Below, one piece after another: positions 23,866 through 36,991 of a stretch of 64,000 bases of DNA. The position numbers and the translations under genes are program-made. Origin of the DNA: Bugula neritina (lineage: Eukaryota > Animalia > Bryozoa). The stretch covers positions 23,345,319-23,409,318 of the forward strand of contig OZ037768.1 of the NCBI GenBank assembly GCA_964035545.1, given 5' to 3'. Under the pieces are notes generated by a model, which saw only the letters and a list, made by a program, of their open reading frames with translations, searched no databases and was not told where the DNA came from. Position 1 is the stretch's first letter, and every line of letters starts with the position of its first letter.

Positions 23866-26824
23866 TGATCCATTAAAATAGAACTAATAAAGCCAACGAC
23901 GTTAATGGTATGTCTAACTAAACATGGCATGTCTCGTCTGGCAGTGGATATGTGGAGGGCCAGGCAACCTACGGCCGTCAACCCGTTAATGGCACAACTA
24001 GAAGAAGATACTCAAGAGAAGACAACAAAGTTGTCATGAAATGCTGCTTCAAAAGTACACCCAAATTGAGAGGTTATAGAAAAACAATGTATGAGCTCTG
24101 TAGACCCGGATCAAAGAATTATTTAAAAAGAATGTGCAAACGCTGGAAAACAGAGGAGAGTTTAACATCAGCGAATAGAGACTAGCGGATTAAGCAAGAA
24201 CTATAAAGAAACACAAGCATTTTATGGAAGAAGAACTCCATAAGATTGAAGAAGGAACCTTGCAAGAACTAGGCACATCAATTGGTGAAGAAGATAATGA
24301 AGAGCTAAATTTGCAAATAGAGGATGTTATAGTACAACATGAGATAGCATATAAATCAGCCATGAGAATTTTCAGAGTACCTAGTTCAGAGGTAGAAAAA
24401 GTGTTAGTAGAAAAATTATAAATGAGCATAACAAACTATCTAATGATCGACCAACACTAAGAGCCCTTAGGCACATTGAGAGGGTCAAATTACTACAGGC
24501 AGTAAAACAGATTAATGATGTGCTAAACTGTGTTGAGATTATTAATACCATTGAGCTTAATAACACCACCATGGCTTGTGCGAAAAATAGTAACAGAACA
24601 AGTGTGTAACAAAAAGGAAAAAGAAAAACTGACAATGTACAAGTATGGAAAATACGACTGCAGAAGAAATAAAAAGAAATTAGATCAGACTTAAGTAAAA
24701 TAGCAGAGTGAAAAAGTAGAGCTTACAATGATTCATTGAGAAGAATGGTTGAAGAAAAATATAGGATAAAGAACAAAGAGTGTGGTGTAGTGATTGAAAA
24801 ACTGAAGCAAAACCTGAGAGCTGTAAGCCAGAAGATAAACAGATATACAGAATGAGTTGATCAATATAATCAGAACACAATGTTTACAATGATAAGCGCT
24901 TTTATCAAGAATTACGAGGAAATGAATACGTACATCTAAAGAGGCACCTGACAAGGAAATCAAAAGCATTCTGATAAAATATATGGGGTCAGCCAACTAA
25001 AAATAATACCAATGCAGAATGACTAAATAAAGTTAGCAACAAATTGGAGCATATGTAAAGACAAGGAAATTAGATCTTAGAAACGATGCAAACAACTGGA
25101 ATAGCAATTAATGTCATAAGGTTGATAAGAAAAAGCATGAAACCTGGAAAACACAACTGAAATACCTGGAAGAAAAGATAGGAGAAATAAAGATCAAACT
25201 AAGAATTTTCCAAGGAGACTCTTTATCTCTATCCCTTTTCTCCAACTACCGATTCGCATGACAGAAGCGGCTCAATGATGCAAATTTCGACGAGACAGAA
25301 AACAAACCATCTCCTATATGTGGATGACCTGAAGGTAAATAGGAAATCAAAGTGGGAACTGGAAGCTTTGGTAAACACTGCCGGGATCTTCACAAGGAAT
25401 ATAGAAATGAAATTTGGATTAAAAAATGTGCCACACTGGTTATGAGAAAGGGAAAGAAAATTAAGGACACAGAAATCAGTTTGCCTGATGAACAGGTAAT
25501 CAAAGATCTGGGTGAGAAGCCGTATAAATATCTAGGAGTTCTTGAGATTGATGGAATACAAATATATGAAATGAAAAATAAGATCAAGGAGTACTACAAA
25601 CAAATAAGAAAAGTTCTGGATTCAAAACTGAATGGTGAGAACACAATCAAAGCAATAAACACGTGGGCAGTAACAGCAGTGCATTACACAGCTAGAATAC
25701 TTGACTGAACTGTTTCATGAGCTAAAAAATATGGACTGAAAGACAAGGAAGCTAATGACAACAAACCGTGCACCCTATCCGAGAGCAGATGTAGGCAGGC
25801 TGTATTTTAGCAGAAGGGAAGGCGGTAGAAGAATGTTGTCAACTGAAAAATGCATAAAGATTGAAAACTGCAGCATGTCAGACTACATAAATATAACATA
25901 GACTGATAGAAACACCACACTGAATACCTTCCTAAAAGACAGAACAGCGGTAGAACTAAATAATGATAAAGTGATAGAAAGAACTGATGAGTGTAAAGAA
26001 AAGCTTCACGTGGTCAATACATCAAAATGGTGGAAGACATGAAAGCATTTTCCTGGAACTGGTTGAAGTATGGTTGGCTGAAAAAGAAAACAGAAGGACT
26101 GCTGACAGCTGCGCAAAATCAACTATTCATTACTAGAAATTATAAAGTGGCTATGATGAGAGAACAGGGTAGCAAGAAGTGTGGAATGTGTAACGCAAGA
26201 GACAAAACTTCGATGCACGTATTGAGTGAGTTTGAGAAGGTAGCAGAAGGAGAATATAAGAAAAAACACAACCTTTTGGCATTGATAATTTCAATAGTAG
26301 TTGTGTGAACTTCGTGGGTTTCAGAAAAGTAAGAATTGGTACGGCCATCAAGCAGAATAAGTACTGGAAAATGATAATGTGAAAACCTTGTAAGATTTTA
26401 ACATACACACTGACGTAGTCATCAAAGTTAGGAGACCCGATATATTAGTAGTTGACAAGCATAATGCTGAAACAACGATAATTGATATCACAGTCCCTGT
26501 TAACTACAGAGTAAAAGAAAAAAATTCGAAAAGTTAGGAAAATATCAGAATTTAGCACTAGAATAAACCCGCCTTTGAAAAACATCAAAAAAGTCATCCC
26601 GTTGTAACTGGAGCCTTTGGAGCTTTATACAAGATTGTAGACTGGCTGACACTACTTGGAGTAGCTGAAAACAAATGCTCATTAATTCAGCAGACACCCT
26701 TACTAGGATCAGGATAAGCTCACATCCTGAGGAAAGTTCTAGCCATTTCAGCCTAGTATAACTAGGCCAATGGTAAAAGGTTACACCAGCTAAAAAACTA
26801 CGGTCAATCAACAACAATAATAAT
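23866..26824 (+). mobile_element. Degenerate non-LTR retrotransposon with RT and restriction-like endonuclease (R4/Dong-like clade)
   Basis: Fragments RRYSREDNKVVMKC..S.PKLRGYRK, IFQGDSLS, HLLYVDDLK, YKYLGVLE, KAINTWAV, LKKKTEGLLTAAQ, CGMC...H, RPDILVVDK, IIDITVP; flanked by (TAA)n runs at both ends; many stops. Confidence 0.85.
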
Positions 26825-27864
26825 ATACAACTATATTAGTGCAGTTGGTTCTATTATTAGATTAGCATATCGATTATGACTTTTCGATTGCCACCCTGAT
26901 ACTATGAGTAAAATGTACAAGCATACGTGAAAGTATAGATATGATCATAAGTATAAAAATAGGTATAAGTATAAATATAAATATAGGTACAAGTATAAAA
27001 CGAATGATTATATTATTAATAATATTAGTCAGTGATACCTATAACCGTAATGGTTTTTAGACTTACAGTTATCATTAACATTAGCTGAGTAATATGATTA
27101 GTTAAAATAATGGTATTCATTATTATATCATAGTCTCTAAAGAGCAACAGCAAGTGTAATTGGGATATTCATATTAAATTTCATATTCACATAGTGCAAT
27201 GTTTATGTTATGAACTAATTTATTCCTTCAACATTTAACTATAAATATGATTAACACTAACTTTGACCAGCAGTATTACTAAAAGAAGCGTATTACAAAT
27301 ATAAGATAATAAAATTCTAGTAGTAGGACTAATAGTATTACTAGGTCCAGTATTATTCTTGTTATCTTATTCATTATTCATGAGTTATCAAATTTAAAAT
27401 TACTACTCATTAGCATCAGCATATAAAAAGTAAGATCATTAGGAATAATTATCATGAGGTATGATCTATGATTTGCATTATCCATATATAGTTTAATATC
27501 AATATGATATATTATTATTGCTGATAGTCCATGTTATAGTTAAATTTATACTTATCTTTACAGTTACCTATAGTAGCACTTATTAGTTATTTGTGGTAGC
27601 CAAACTAATGTTTAATATTAATAAATTAAACTGAGTATCATAAAAGTGTTACTAAGAATTTTAATTATAATCGTAATGGTGATCATATTACTTTATTATA
27701 ATTATTATATTTTATCATTAATGCTAAACTGAGTTAATGTATATACTTTGAGTTTTACTATTACTCATTATATTTACACTTATAGTAAAACTAAATATGT
27801 AAAAGTTATACTTATACTATTATTATTCGTATTTCATTAGACTTACATCTAAGATCGCAGTCCT

Positions 27865-28022
27865 ATTACTACTACCACTGATACTAGTACTACAACTAGT
27901 ACTAGTACTGCTACTACTACTAGTACTAGTACTACTACTACTACTACTACTAATAGTACTGTTACTACTACTACTACTACTACTAGTACTACTACTAGGT
28001 CTACTACTGTACCAGTACAACT
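27865..28022. repeat. (TAC)n/(ACTAGT)n microsatellite
   Basis: Directly visible; source of the poly-Ser ORF. Confidence 0.9.
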
Positions 28023-31000
28023 ACAAACTTTGAAAATAACTGCAAGAAAGGTATGACTTACTCTTTTTCTTAGTCTTACTGTGACTCTCAGTCGTAATGT
28101 AAAATAAAATTGTGAACTGTAAAGTTAAACCCAAGGCTGAAATTTATTTAATTAAATTTAGAAAATCTGAATCATTGGCTCAATCTTTGAGTTTGACTAT
28201 TACTATTATTATTAGTGTTACGATTGTGATTATCATTGGCATTATGCCATTATCATTATGATTGTAATTGTGGTAATTCTAACATTAATTATAATCATAA
28301 ATTAAAAGGTAATGATTAATGATAATTATTTTCATTTTGTAATCATAATGATAATCATAATGATGTAAATTTTGATGTAAAACCAAAATACTAAAACTAA
28401 AAGTAAAAGTTATAAAATTAAATGATAAAATATTATAATGATAATCATAATTATTATATTTATTATATTATTATTGAATATATTATTTCATTAGAAAATA
28501 GGTTGCAGCTTAGCATGATTAAAATTCAGTAAAAATTAGTTTACCAACAGCAAACATGCATGCGTCTTGTCAACATTCAATTCGTAGTGCCATAGCGAAG
28601 CCAGATTACTGGTAGTACGACTACTAGAACTACTACTACTAGTGATGGATCCTTGGCGATTTTAGCTGTGAGTGACCTTCACCTCACATTCTCGTCATGT
28701 GCGCGGCATTAGACTAAGTAGAGAGTATGAAGCACTGAGCTGGAAAAGAAAGAATATATTTTAATTATAGGTAATACTAATAGTAATATAATTTATGGTA
28801 ATATATAGGTAATATTATTGAGTTCATTGGTATGGAGTATAGACCTATCACTGATAGTATCAGTATCAACTACCACTTACGTACTACTTCAACTTATAAC
28901 TTACCTTCAACTCAAACTCAAACTGAAACTGCTTGGAATCATTTGTCTTTGATCATATTGGCATTGTCATTGTGATTGTAATAACTATTAATATTTTTAG
29001 TTCAACATCAATGCCGAACATATTGTAATAACTAATAAGATAATCATAAGGTTGATATATTTTGCTAATACTAATACTAATAGTTATAGTAATAGTTATA
29101 GTAATTCAGTGTCACTCTCACTCTGGTGGAGTGAGACTCAGACTTACTCTTAGAGTTAGAGACAGAGTGAGTCCGAGTAAGTCTGAGTGTTGGTAATAGT
29201 AATAGTCATATAAATTTAAATTATATTTACTTATTTCTAGCAATCACAATGGCAATAGTTATAGTAACTTTCACTTACTCTTAAATCATTGAACCTGAAC
29301 TAAAAGTAAAATTAAGCATTATGATTATGATTATCATTATGATTATACCTATGATTTTATTATGTTTAAATTAAAAATCAATATCATGATAATATCATAG
29401 TGATAGACATATTATTGATAAATGATAATATAAAAGTAATTTGATAAATTATACATTGATTTTGAATTAAGGTGATACTGATACTAGACCGGTACTGAAA
29501 GTGATAGTAATACTAATAGTAATAGTAATAGTCATATAAATTTAAGTTATATTTACTCATTACCGGCAATCACAATGGCAATAGTAACTTAAACTGTAAC
29601 AGTAATGGTATGGGTATGTTTGAAATTGTCACTATCAGTATTGCTATGAATCAAAATATAATGCTATCATACCAATAATTTAAAATAATATTACAAAGCT
29701 TCAGTAGCAACTTTTACTTGTACCAGTTTGGAATTTTGAATTATGCATATTCTTAGTTAAAGTCTTCAAGTTTATTGTCAAAATGAACTTGAAATTAAAG
29801 ACTTAGTAGTAAAAATTAAACTAAGACTGACTGTAAGTGACTAAGATTAAAAATAAGTAATTTTAAATATCGATTTAGTATTTTTCTTACTCTTTGTCTT
29901 AAAATTGACTTTTATTTTGCACCTACTCCTGGTCAATGATTCTTTTTTCTATTTATATTACTATTGCTATTAGTATAATTGACTTAAATTTAATAATATA
30001 TATGATTATATCTTTATAAATGTGATATTTGATTTTATGAATAGTAATTCGAAAACTCTTTGGTATTATTTATTTTTGATCATTGTAGTTATTATCATTA
30101 TATTTGTATAATAATTATGATTATCAAATTCAATATCGATATTTGTATTATGGTATGGATATCTGCCTCCATCCCGTGTTCTGTTTTGCAGTGCCTTTTT
30201 ACATTCACGTCTAGGTTCACATTGCGATGGTCATACTGATAGCACTTGGGGACAGTGATGAGCATAATGATTATCACTAATATTAAGATTATCGTTATTA
30301 GGATTTAGAATAATTTAATAAACAAGCAACTTAAAACAAATGTTTTTACTAATATACATATTAATTACTAATATAAATATACTACTATGAATATTATAAT
30401 TATTATACTTTACAATTCAAAGTAAGATAATCATAATACGAACTGGTAAAACTAAATATAAAGTAAATGTAATAATACTAATAGTAGTTATCCATTCCCC
30501 TTTGGTTTCACATACTAATAATTGGAAACCTCTGTCCTAATATTATTTCTATTAATATTGCTCAAAGTTTGATCCCTATTTAATTTTATAGTTCACTCAC
30601 CAGCTACATAATTTTATTAAAATACATGTGGTATTGGTTATAGTACTAGTGAAACTTGAAGTTGAATAGCATGCTTATTACTCACTGCTCTTTGCTTACA
30701 TTATTAGGGTTACTCTTTAGTCTTAGAGATACCCTAACATAAACTTGAAAGCTGGAGGTAGTACTAGTCTAGTGCTGTGTTAATCCTACACTGTTGACTT
30801 ATCAACACTGTGACTATAATTATGACTCCTAAGTCAAAGTCATTTTCATATAGTAGTAATCACTATGACAGACTGAAAGTCAGGAAGACTAAATATAATG
30901 GTAAAGTGTGTAAGAATAAATCATACTTAATCAATTACTTTTAGTTTTGTTACCAGTGTTGGGTCAACTTTCAGAATAAAGAATAAATATAATTATAAAG

Positions 31001-32566
31001 ATAAATGGATAAAAATTCCAATCATGGTTTAATGTGCCTATTTTAAGCTGTTAATTTAATTACTATAATATAAGTGCTCAAAATACAACTTTTGATTTTC
31101 ATAATTATGTTTTAATTTAATACAGATACCATAGTATCATATACAGTAGAATCAGTTGTATCTTATTTAATAATGAAGTAACTTATTGGAGCTTTCACAG
31201 TTATTAATTATTTACTTGTTAGTCTTTGAACTGGGACAATGTTTGAAACTTGAAGTAGAATGAAGTTTGATTTCAGTTACCGCAATGGTATCTGCAGTCA
31301 CAATAGGAATACGCATATAACTATGTTTATATTTGTGAAAAATATATAGTCAAAACTAGATAAGGTAATAGTAATTATAATTGGTTTCACTTTTAATATA
31401 TTCCTATAAACTGGAAAATAGACAGAAGCATTTAATCATGAAAGTAAACCTAGTGGAAGTAAATCAATTCACTAAGTATAGTAAAATATTTACTATTCAG
31501 TAAGTTTATTTACTTTAGTTAATTGTACTTGATTATTTCTGTCGGTTTTTCAGTTGATTTTTCTACCTTTTGCTATAGCATATCAAACTACCACAAAGTC
31601 ATGCTTCCGTATTACAATTATAAACATAGTGTTACTGTGTAATGTTATAGTAATGTAATAGTAATATTTGGATCATTGTAAGTATTTCTGTTGTTGTACT
31701 GATTGATAAATATTTTTTAGCTTGCATGGATATTTGCAACGATCAAGATGTCATTTGAACCTGGACTGGAATAAAGATGGCAAATCGAGAAGCTAGCTAC
31801 AATTATTCTGCAGAAAGAAACTTGGTAAGCAAAAATAAGCTGCAGCATTAAGCAGTAAGCAATATGACGATGAACTGTGCTTGATTTTGATTGACCTTAA
31901 AATATCTGGTCACCTTTCACCAACGTGGTCCTGCGCGGGTGGCGGGTGACCTTAAAATGTCTGTTGCACGTAAAATAAATTTTGTGACAGTCAAAAGTAT
32001 GCTGATCTTTTCCGTATTTCAGTGCATCGGTGTCTTAGCTTAAGAGCTGAACCCAACAATTATGATCTAAAGCTGTTTTTTACTAGAAAGTGATTTTACT
32101 GTCTTTCTGATTATTCTTGGTTTTTCAGCTTGATGAATTGAATAAATGGATTTGATTTCGGGTATTATGTAATGGATGAAAGAATTTTTTCTTAAATTTG
32201 TACTGAGCAATTTTTGCTATTGCTATGATGTTTAGTGATAAAATTGCACCCTTAATAACCCTGAAAACTTTCATTATTAGCATTTGTTCATGTTCATTTT
32301 TAGGAAATTAAAATGAAGACACAACTCACCGATGCTATCTCACTGTGCCTGCATGCAGTTTATCTAAAAAGGTACTGCTATTAGCTGGCTCTTGCCCAAT
32401 ACCTGGTTGTCTCTGTAACTATTTTTTGCTCGCAGATGAGTTTTTTGAACTTGACATTTTATTGATTTTGAAAGTTATAGTGAGCTTTGAACTTGCTAGC
32501 ATCGTTTTTAAAGAATTGCTGCAGTTTTTATCAACATTTTTTAAGTCAATGGTGTTAGTTTGGAAG

Positions 32567-32868
32567 CTCTCTCACTCCTCTCTCTGTCTCTTTCTCCCAC
32601 ACCTTCCACTCAACTTCTCTCTCTTTCTCTCCCTCTCTCCCACCCTCCCTCTCTCCCACCCTCCCTCTCTCCCACCCTCTGTCTCTCCCACCTTCTCTCT
32701 CTCCCACTCTTCGTCTCTCCCACCTTCTCTCTCTCCTAACCTTTCTCTCTTCCCTTTTCCACTATTTCTCTGACTCTCTCCCTTTCTCTCTTCTACCCCA
32801 TCTCTCTTCCATCCTCTCTCCTAACCTTTCTCTCCCACCCCCCCCCTCTCCCACTCTCTTTCTCTCTC
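32567..32868. repeat. CT-rich polypyrimidine low-complexity tract
   Basis: Directly visible CTCTCCCACC-type repeats. Confidence 0.9.
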
Positions 32869-35800
32869 TAGTTTGCATGGCTTTACCCAATTTTGGTTTA
32901 TTTTTTTATTTTGTTTCAGAGTATCCAAAAGGAAAGCTAAAATTTATTTAATATATATTATACCAACTTGAGCTTTACATATAATATCAAATAAATGCTG
33001 TGTTTTGTTAAAACAATGTTTGCAACTTTGTAGTATATTCAAATTCATAATTTATTTGTAGAGTCATACAACAAGACACTACTCTGACACACTCACAAGT
33101 TGCCACTGATCTAGCAGTATAGATGATTGTTTTCTCCACTGGCTATGCTGTCACGCTTTACTGTTGTGGTGTTTGAAACAAACCAATTCTTTGCCTACGC
33201 AGACTAGGGTGAGAAAAAAAGTGAGAAATGAAAGCTGTTTTTAATACCAACTACACTTAGTTTTTATTGAATGAAAAACAAAGTGAAATCATTAGTTATC
33301 CGTTAAATGACTAAATCATTGTTTATAAAGATGAAACACAAATAATCTTATAATATTATGCTAATGAAATTTGGCTTTCAAATAGCTTTTTTCTGTATAT
33401 TTGTTGAGGAAGTTTATCTTCAACAAAACTTCGTAGCTGTTGAATATGTGGAGAGTATTTTATATTGCATAAATTTATAGAGTAAAAGGTTCTCATCAAA
33501 CTTTTACAACTTAGCTCATCGACGGTTTAAAAGTGTGAGTCACCCTTCACACTAGAGTTTTATAAAGTTTTAATGAATGTGCAGTATTTTATAAAATATT
33601 GTGTGTCTCGTAAATTTAGCTATTTCTACCTTTTCAGTGAGATTGGAGTAAACACACCTCAAAATTCACATCTGGTATCACATTGATTTATCGCAAGTCA
33701 AAGTACACCTACTAACTCTTCCTTCCTTAATACCTGCTTGCTTTTGCACTTCTACTCATTTCATATACCTAACATTTCTCTTGCAGATGAATTACATCTT
33801 TTAAGTTGTAAAAGCCTTAAATAGCATGAAATTAATGAGGTTTAAACCGTGGCCACACTAACTATTGATGCGTTTATTGATGGGTTAAATTACACGAAAA
33901 TATTGTCTCTTTCTTTTTAGTTTCACCTAAAGTATTACATACTATTGATGGAGGCTTTGCTGAAGTTTTTGGGTGATGATTTGTCAATAATTTTCCAGAG
34001 AAGATGATGCCACGGTGGCTGGCATCATTATACAGTTTCCAAATTTCTTTCGGCTTTGCTCTAGTGAAAATGTTGGAAAACAATCAACAAAAAGGTTTGT
34101 ACCATAAACGAAGTTATTGTGTGCGTGTTGTCAAAGCATAAAGTGTGCTGGAAATTTTTAGGTTTCTGTTGAGATGCGTTTTTGCTTTTCCTGCATGAAA
34201 AAAGTTCCAGTTTCAGTTAATATCACTAGCGGAGTGCCCACCTATATTTTAAATCATATTGATGGATAAGTTCTTTTTGTAATATTAAAAGTATAACTTG
34301 CTTAATTGCTATTCAATGCCCTTTGAAGTTTCCAACTGTAATTAATTAGTTGATTTGGCAGCATAGTATCGATGATTGATGAAGGCAGCCGATATAATTA
34401 TAAGCATAAATATCTATATCTACATGAAGATGTCATTCCCAATGATTGTTATTCTGAAATCAGCTGATTAAGTTATCACAAACTAAACATTTTGACCAGC
34501 GGCTTGCAATGCAATTCGGTGAAATTTCAGACCTAGATAAATTGAATTTCTTACTGAAAATCGTGAAGGTATTAAAGTTTAAAGTGAAAGTTTAAAGGGT
34601 CATCTCTCTGCGAATTCTAATAGCATGGTGCCAATTAGACTTGAAAAAATTTCAAGGCACTATAAAGCACTAAGCCCATTCTTACAAGTAGTTTCAAAGT
34701 GCACTGGAATTTCAGTTTACTTGTCATTGTATAGAATCCTGATCTACACTATATAGCATTCACTATTGCCTGCTTCTTCTAAGCATCTATAATGTATTAA
34801 CTACAGTTTGCTTTGAGAAGTGAATTTCTACTTGGTATTTTTTCCTTGTCGTTCCGTTGTTTGCCAGTAGTCTTAATTTAATGGATTTTCCCTTTTCAAA
34901 AGTGGTTGTGACAATCAAAACACATCATGCAGCCTGCAACTACACAATCAGCCAGTAATTTCTTCCATTAAAGTAGCTCTTCTGGTTACTCTTGCTCACC
35001 TAAAAGCCTGAGCCTCATTCAAATTGCAATTTTTTAGAGTTGTTAGTTTTTCATGCAGTCTTTCATTTTTTTTTTTGTTAGGCACAAAATTAGTATTCAC
35101 TAGACTTAATCTTTCATCTGCATGTATGCCTATTGTTTGTTCATTAAAGAAAAACCTCTGCTGAATATTGAACTAATAATGAAAATAAATTCCCTAAACT
35201 AAAAGTAGCAGTGTGATTTTGGTATTACAATTAGTTGTTAGCATAGAGTCAAGTTATTGACAGGAATTTTCAAATTGAAATGAATGAATTTCATTGTAAG
35301 TCAGCAAGATTTAGTCTAAGTAAACATAGCATTACATCGTGTTTTATTTAGCATTTGCAGAAGGCAACATATATTTTAAGGATTATTGTAAACTTAAATG
35401 TAATTTTAAGTACTTTCCATGTTTGTTATTGTAGATGGTCTTGTTCTTTAGGATGGATGTGACAACTCCTTGTGTCAAGCTTAACTGATTGACTACTGAA
35501 TCCCAATCATATGTTTTGCCAAAAAATGTGAAAATGGAGTGCATGTCTACTTTATTTGAGAAAATATTAAAAATACTTTTGAAACTTCATCTAGCCAAAC
35601 AATACAACAGTTTCATTTTATTAAAAAATATCATTTGCACAAAAATGTATTATGTAATCGAACAATTTCTAGAAAAAAAAGTGCTTTCCTCCAGTTTTGC
35701 TAATGAACTACATTTTTCATTATATGCTTGTCTTTATAATTTTATTAATTGTTTTTTCTGGTGAGTCAATTAAAGTCAATTCAACCTAGAAAAGTCTGAA

Positions 35801-36245
35801 TTTCAGACTTAATTTCAAGCTAGAATATTCACATTTTTAGGTCTGCGTTTGCAAACATTGTTGTGTTACTTTACTTTTATATTTTTTGAAATAAATATCT
35901 TTTTAGCTTGTGCCTATTCATGATTAGAATAGTATAATAATATTTAACTTTTCTTCAATTTCAATAGATGAAAATGTTGATCAGTTGGAGTATTCAGTTT
36001 AGCTGAATTTTACTTGCTTCTGCGAAAACAATCTTTTGGAGTTGTCTGCCCTCTCTTTAGGTAATTTTTTGACCTATGGTCAACGCAATAATTATAACTT
36101 TTTAAAGATGCTTGTGAACCTAACAATATAGCATAACTATCAAACCACATTATTCAATATCTGCATAAAATTTAGCCGATAAGCTGCCACCCAATGAGCT
36201 TGAAAAGATATTAGAATTCTAGCTCAGTGCTGCCATCAATGTAGA

Positions 36246-36339
36246 TATTTATAATGATATAAAGCCAAAACTCATTATTTATAATGATATAAAGCCAAAA
36301 CTCATTATTTATAATGATATAAAGCCAAAACTCATTATT
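36246..36339. repeat. Perfect 30-bp tandem repeat, 3 copies
   Basis: TATTTATAATGATATAAAGCCAAAACTCAT x3, no spacers. Confidence 0.95.
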
Positions 36340-36858
36340 GCATGAAATTATCTAACCATTCCTGACAAAGAATCGAGATAATAACTCCAAAGTTGGTCAG
36401 TTGAAACCACAGCAATAATACTTTAATCGTTATAATTGTCAGGTTTAATTTTATACCAAGCCCCAATAAGTACATATAACTATGACAACACAGCCTAAGC
36501 ACCTCCAATGCAAGAAATTTAGTATTGTGGTGCTGCAAATCCTCCAGTTACAAATGAGTAGAGCTTTCATGATTATTGGTCTACCATAATGTTTATTTAG
36601 TTTTAAGGACTAGCATAAATGCTATTATATGCGGGAGGTATTTGAAAAGCTTCCAACTCCATCTTCAACTACGGGCTATTATAATTATGCCGATAAACGA
36701 GATACTACACTCAGACTGCCCTGTTATAGTACTATGATTGGCTACTGCAAAATTTTTGCCGATAGACAACATTTAATTATGATGTAATGTATCTCGTATT
36801 GGTACATAAGTGTTATGTCTGAGGACGAGATACTGTGAAATTATGCCCTGGAGATATC

Positions 36859-36991
36859 AGATGATGAGGATAGATTGTTTTCAGCACGCATATCTTTCTC
36901 AGTGTATGACCTAACTGTGTCTGGAAGAACCCTAATTGTACCCAAATTGGGATCTCACGACAATAACGTGCTGTTTTACCAGCTGAACTAA
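36859..36991 (+). pseudogene. Displaced 3' part of copy B exon 8
   Basis: Encodes DDEDRLFSARISFSVYDLTVSGRTLIVPKLGSHDNNVLFYQLN-stop, homologous to the C-termini of C and D; directly follows the right TSD. Confidence 0.9.

Larger units (their letters stand above)
16346..36850 (-). mobile_element. Giant (20,505 bp) hAT-type DNA transposon inserted in the last coding exon of copy B
   Basis: 8-bp TSD GAGATATC at 16338-16345 and 36851-36858; ends CAG...CTG with imperfect TIRs (10/15); inverted subterminal motif AGTATCTCGTnnnnAGACATAA at both ends; excision restores an open exon matching C and D; decayed hAT motifs inside. Confidence 0.85.

Noticed and set aside
35000-35030. Minus-strand LNEAQA resembling an SF1 helicase Q motif
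   Set aside because: Followed by a stop with no Walker A motif; too short to support.
36246-36339. 30-bp repeats as a CRISPR array
   Set aside because: Contiguous copies without spacers, eukaryotic context, no cas genes.
16346-36850. Polinton/Maverick or endogenous virus interpretation of the 20 kb insert
   Set aside because: 8-bp TSD and CAG...CTG ends, no long TIRs, and no polB, integrase or capsid ORFs.
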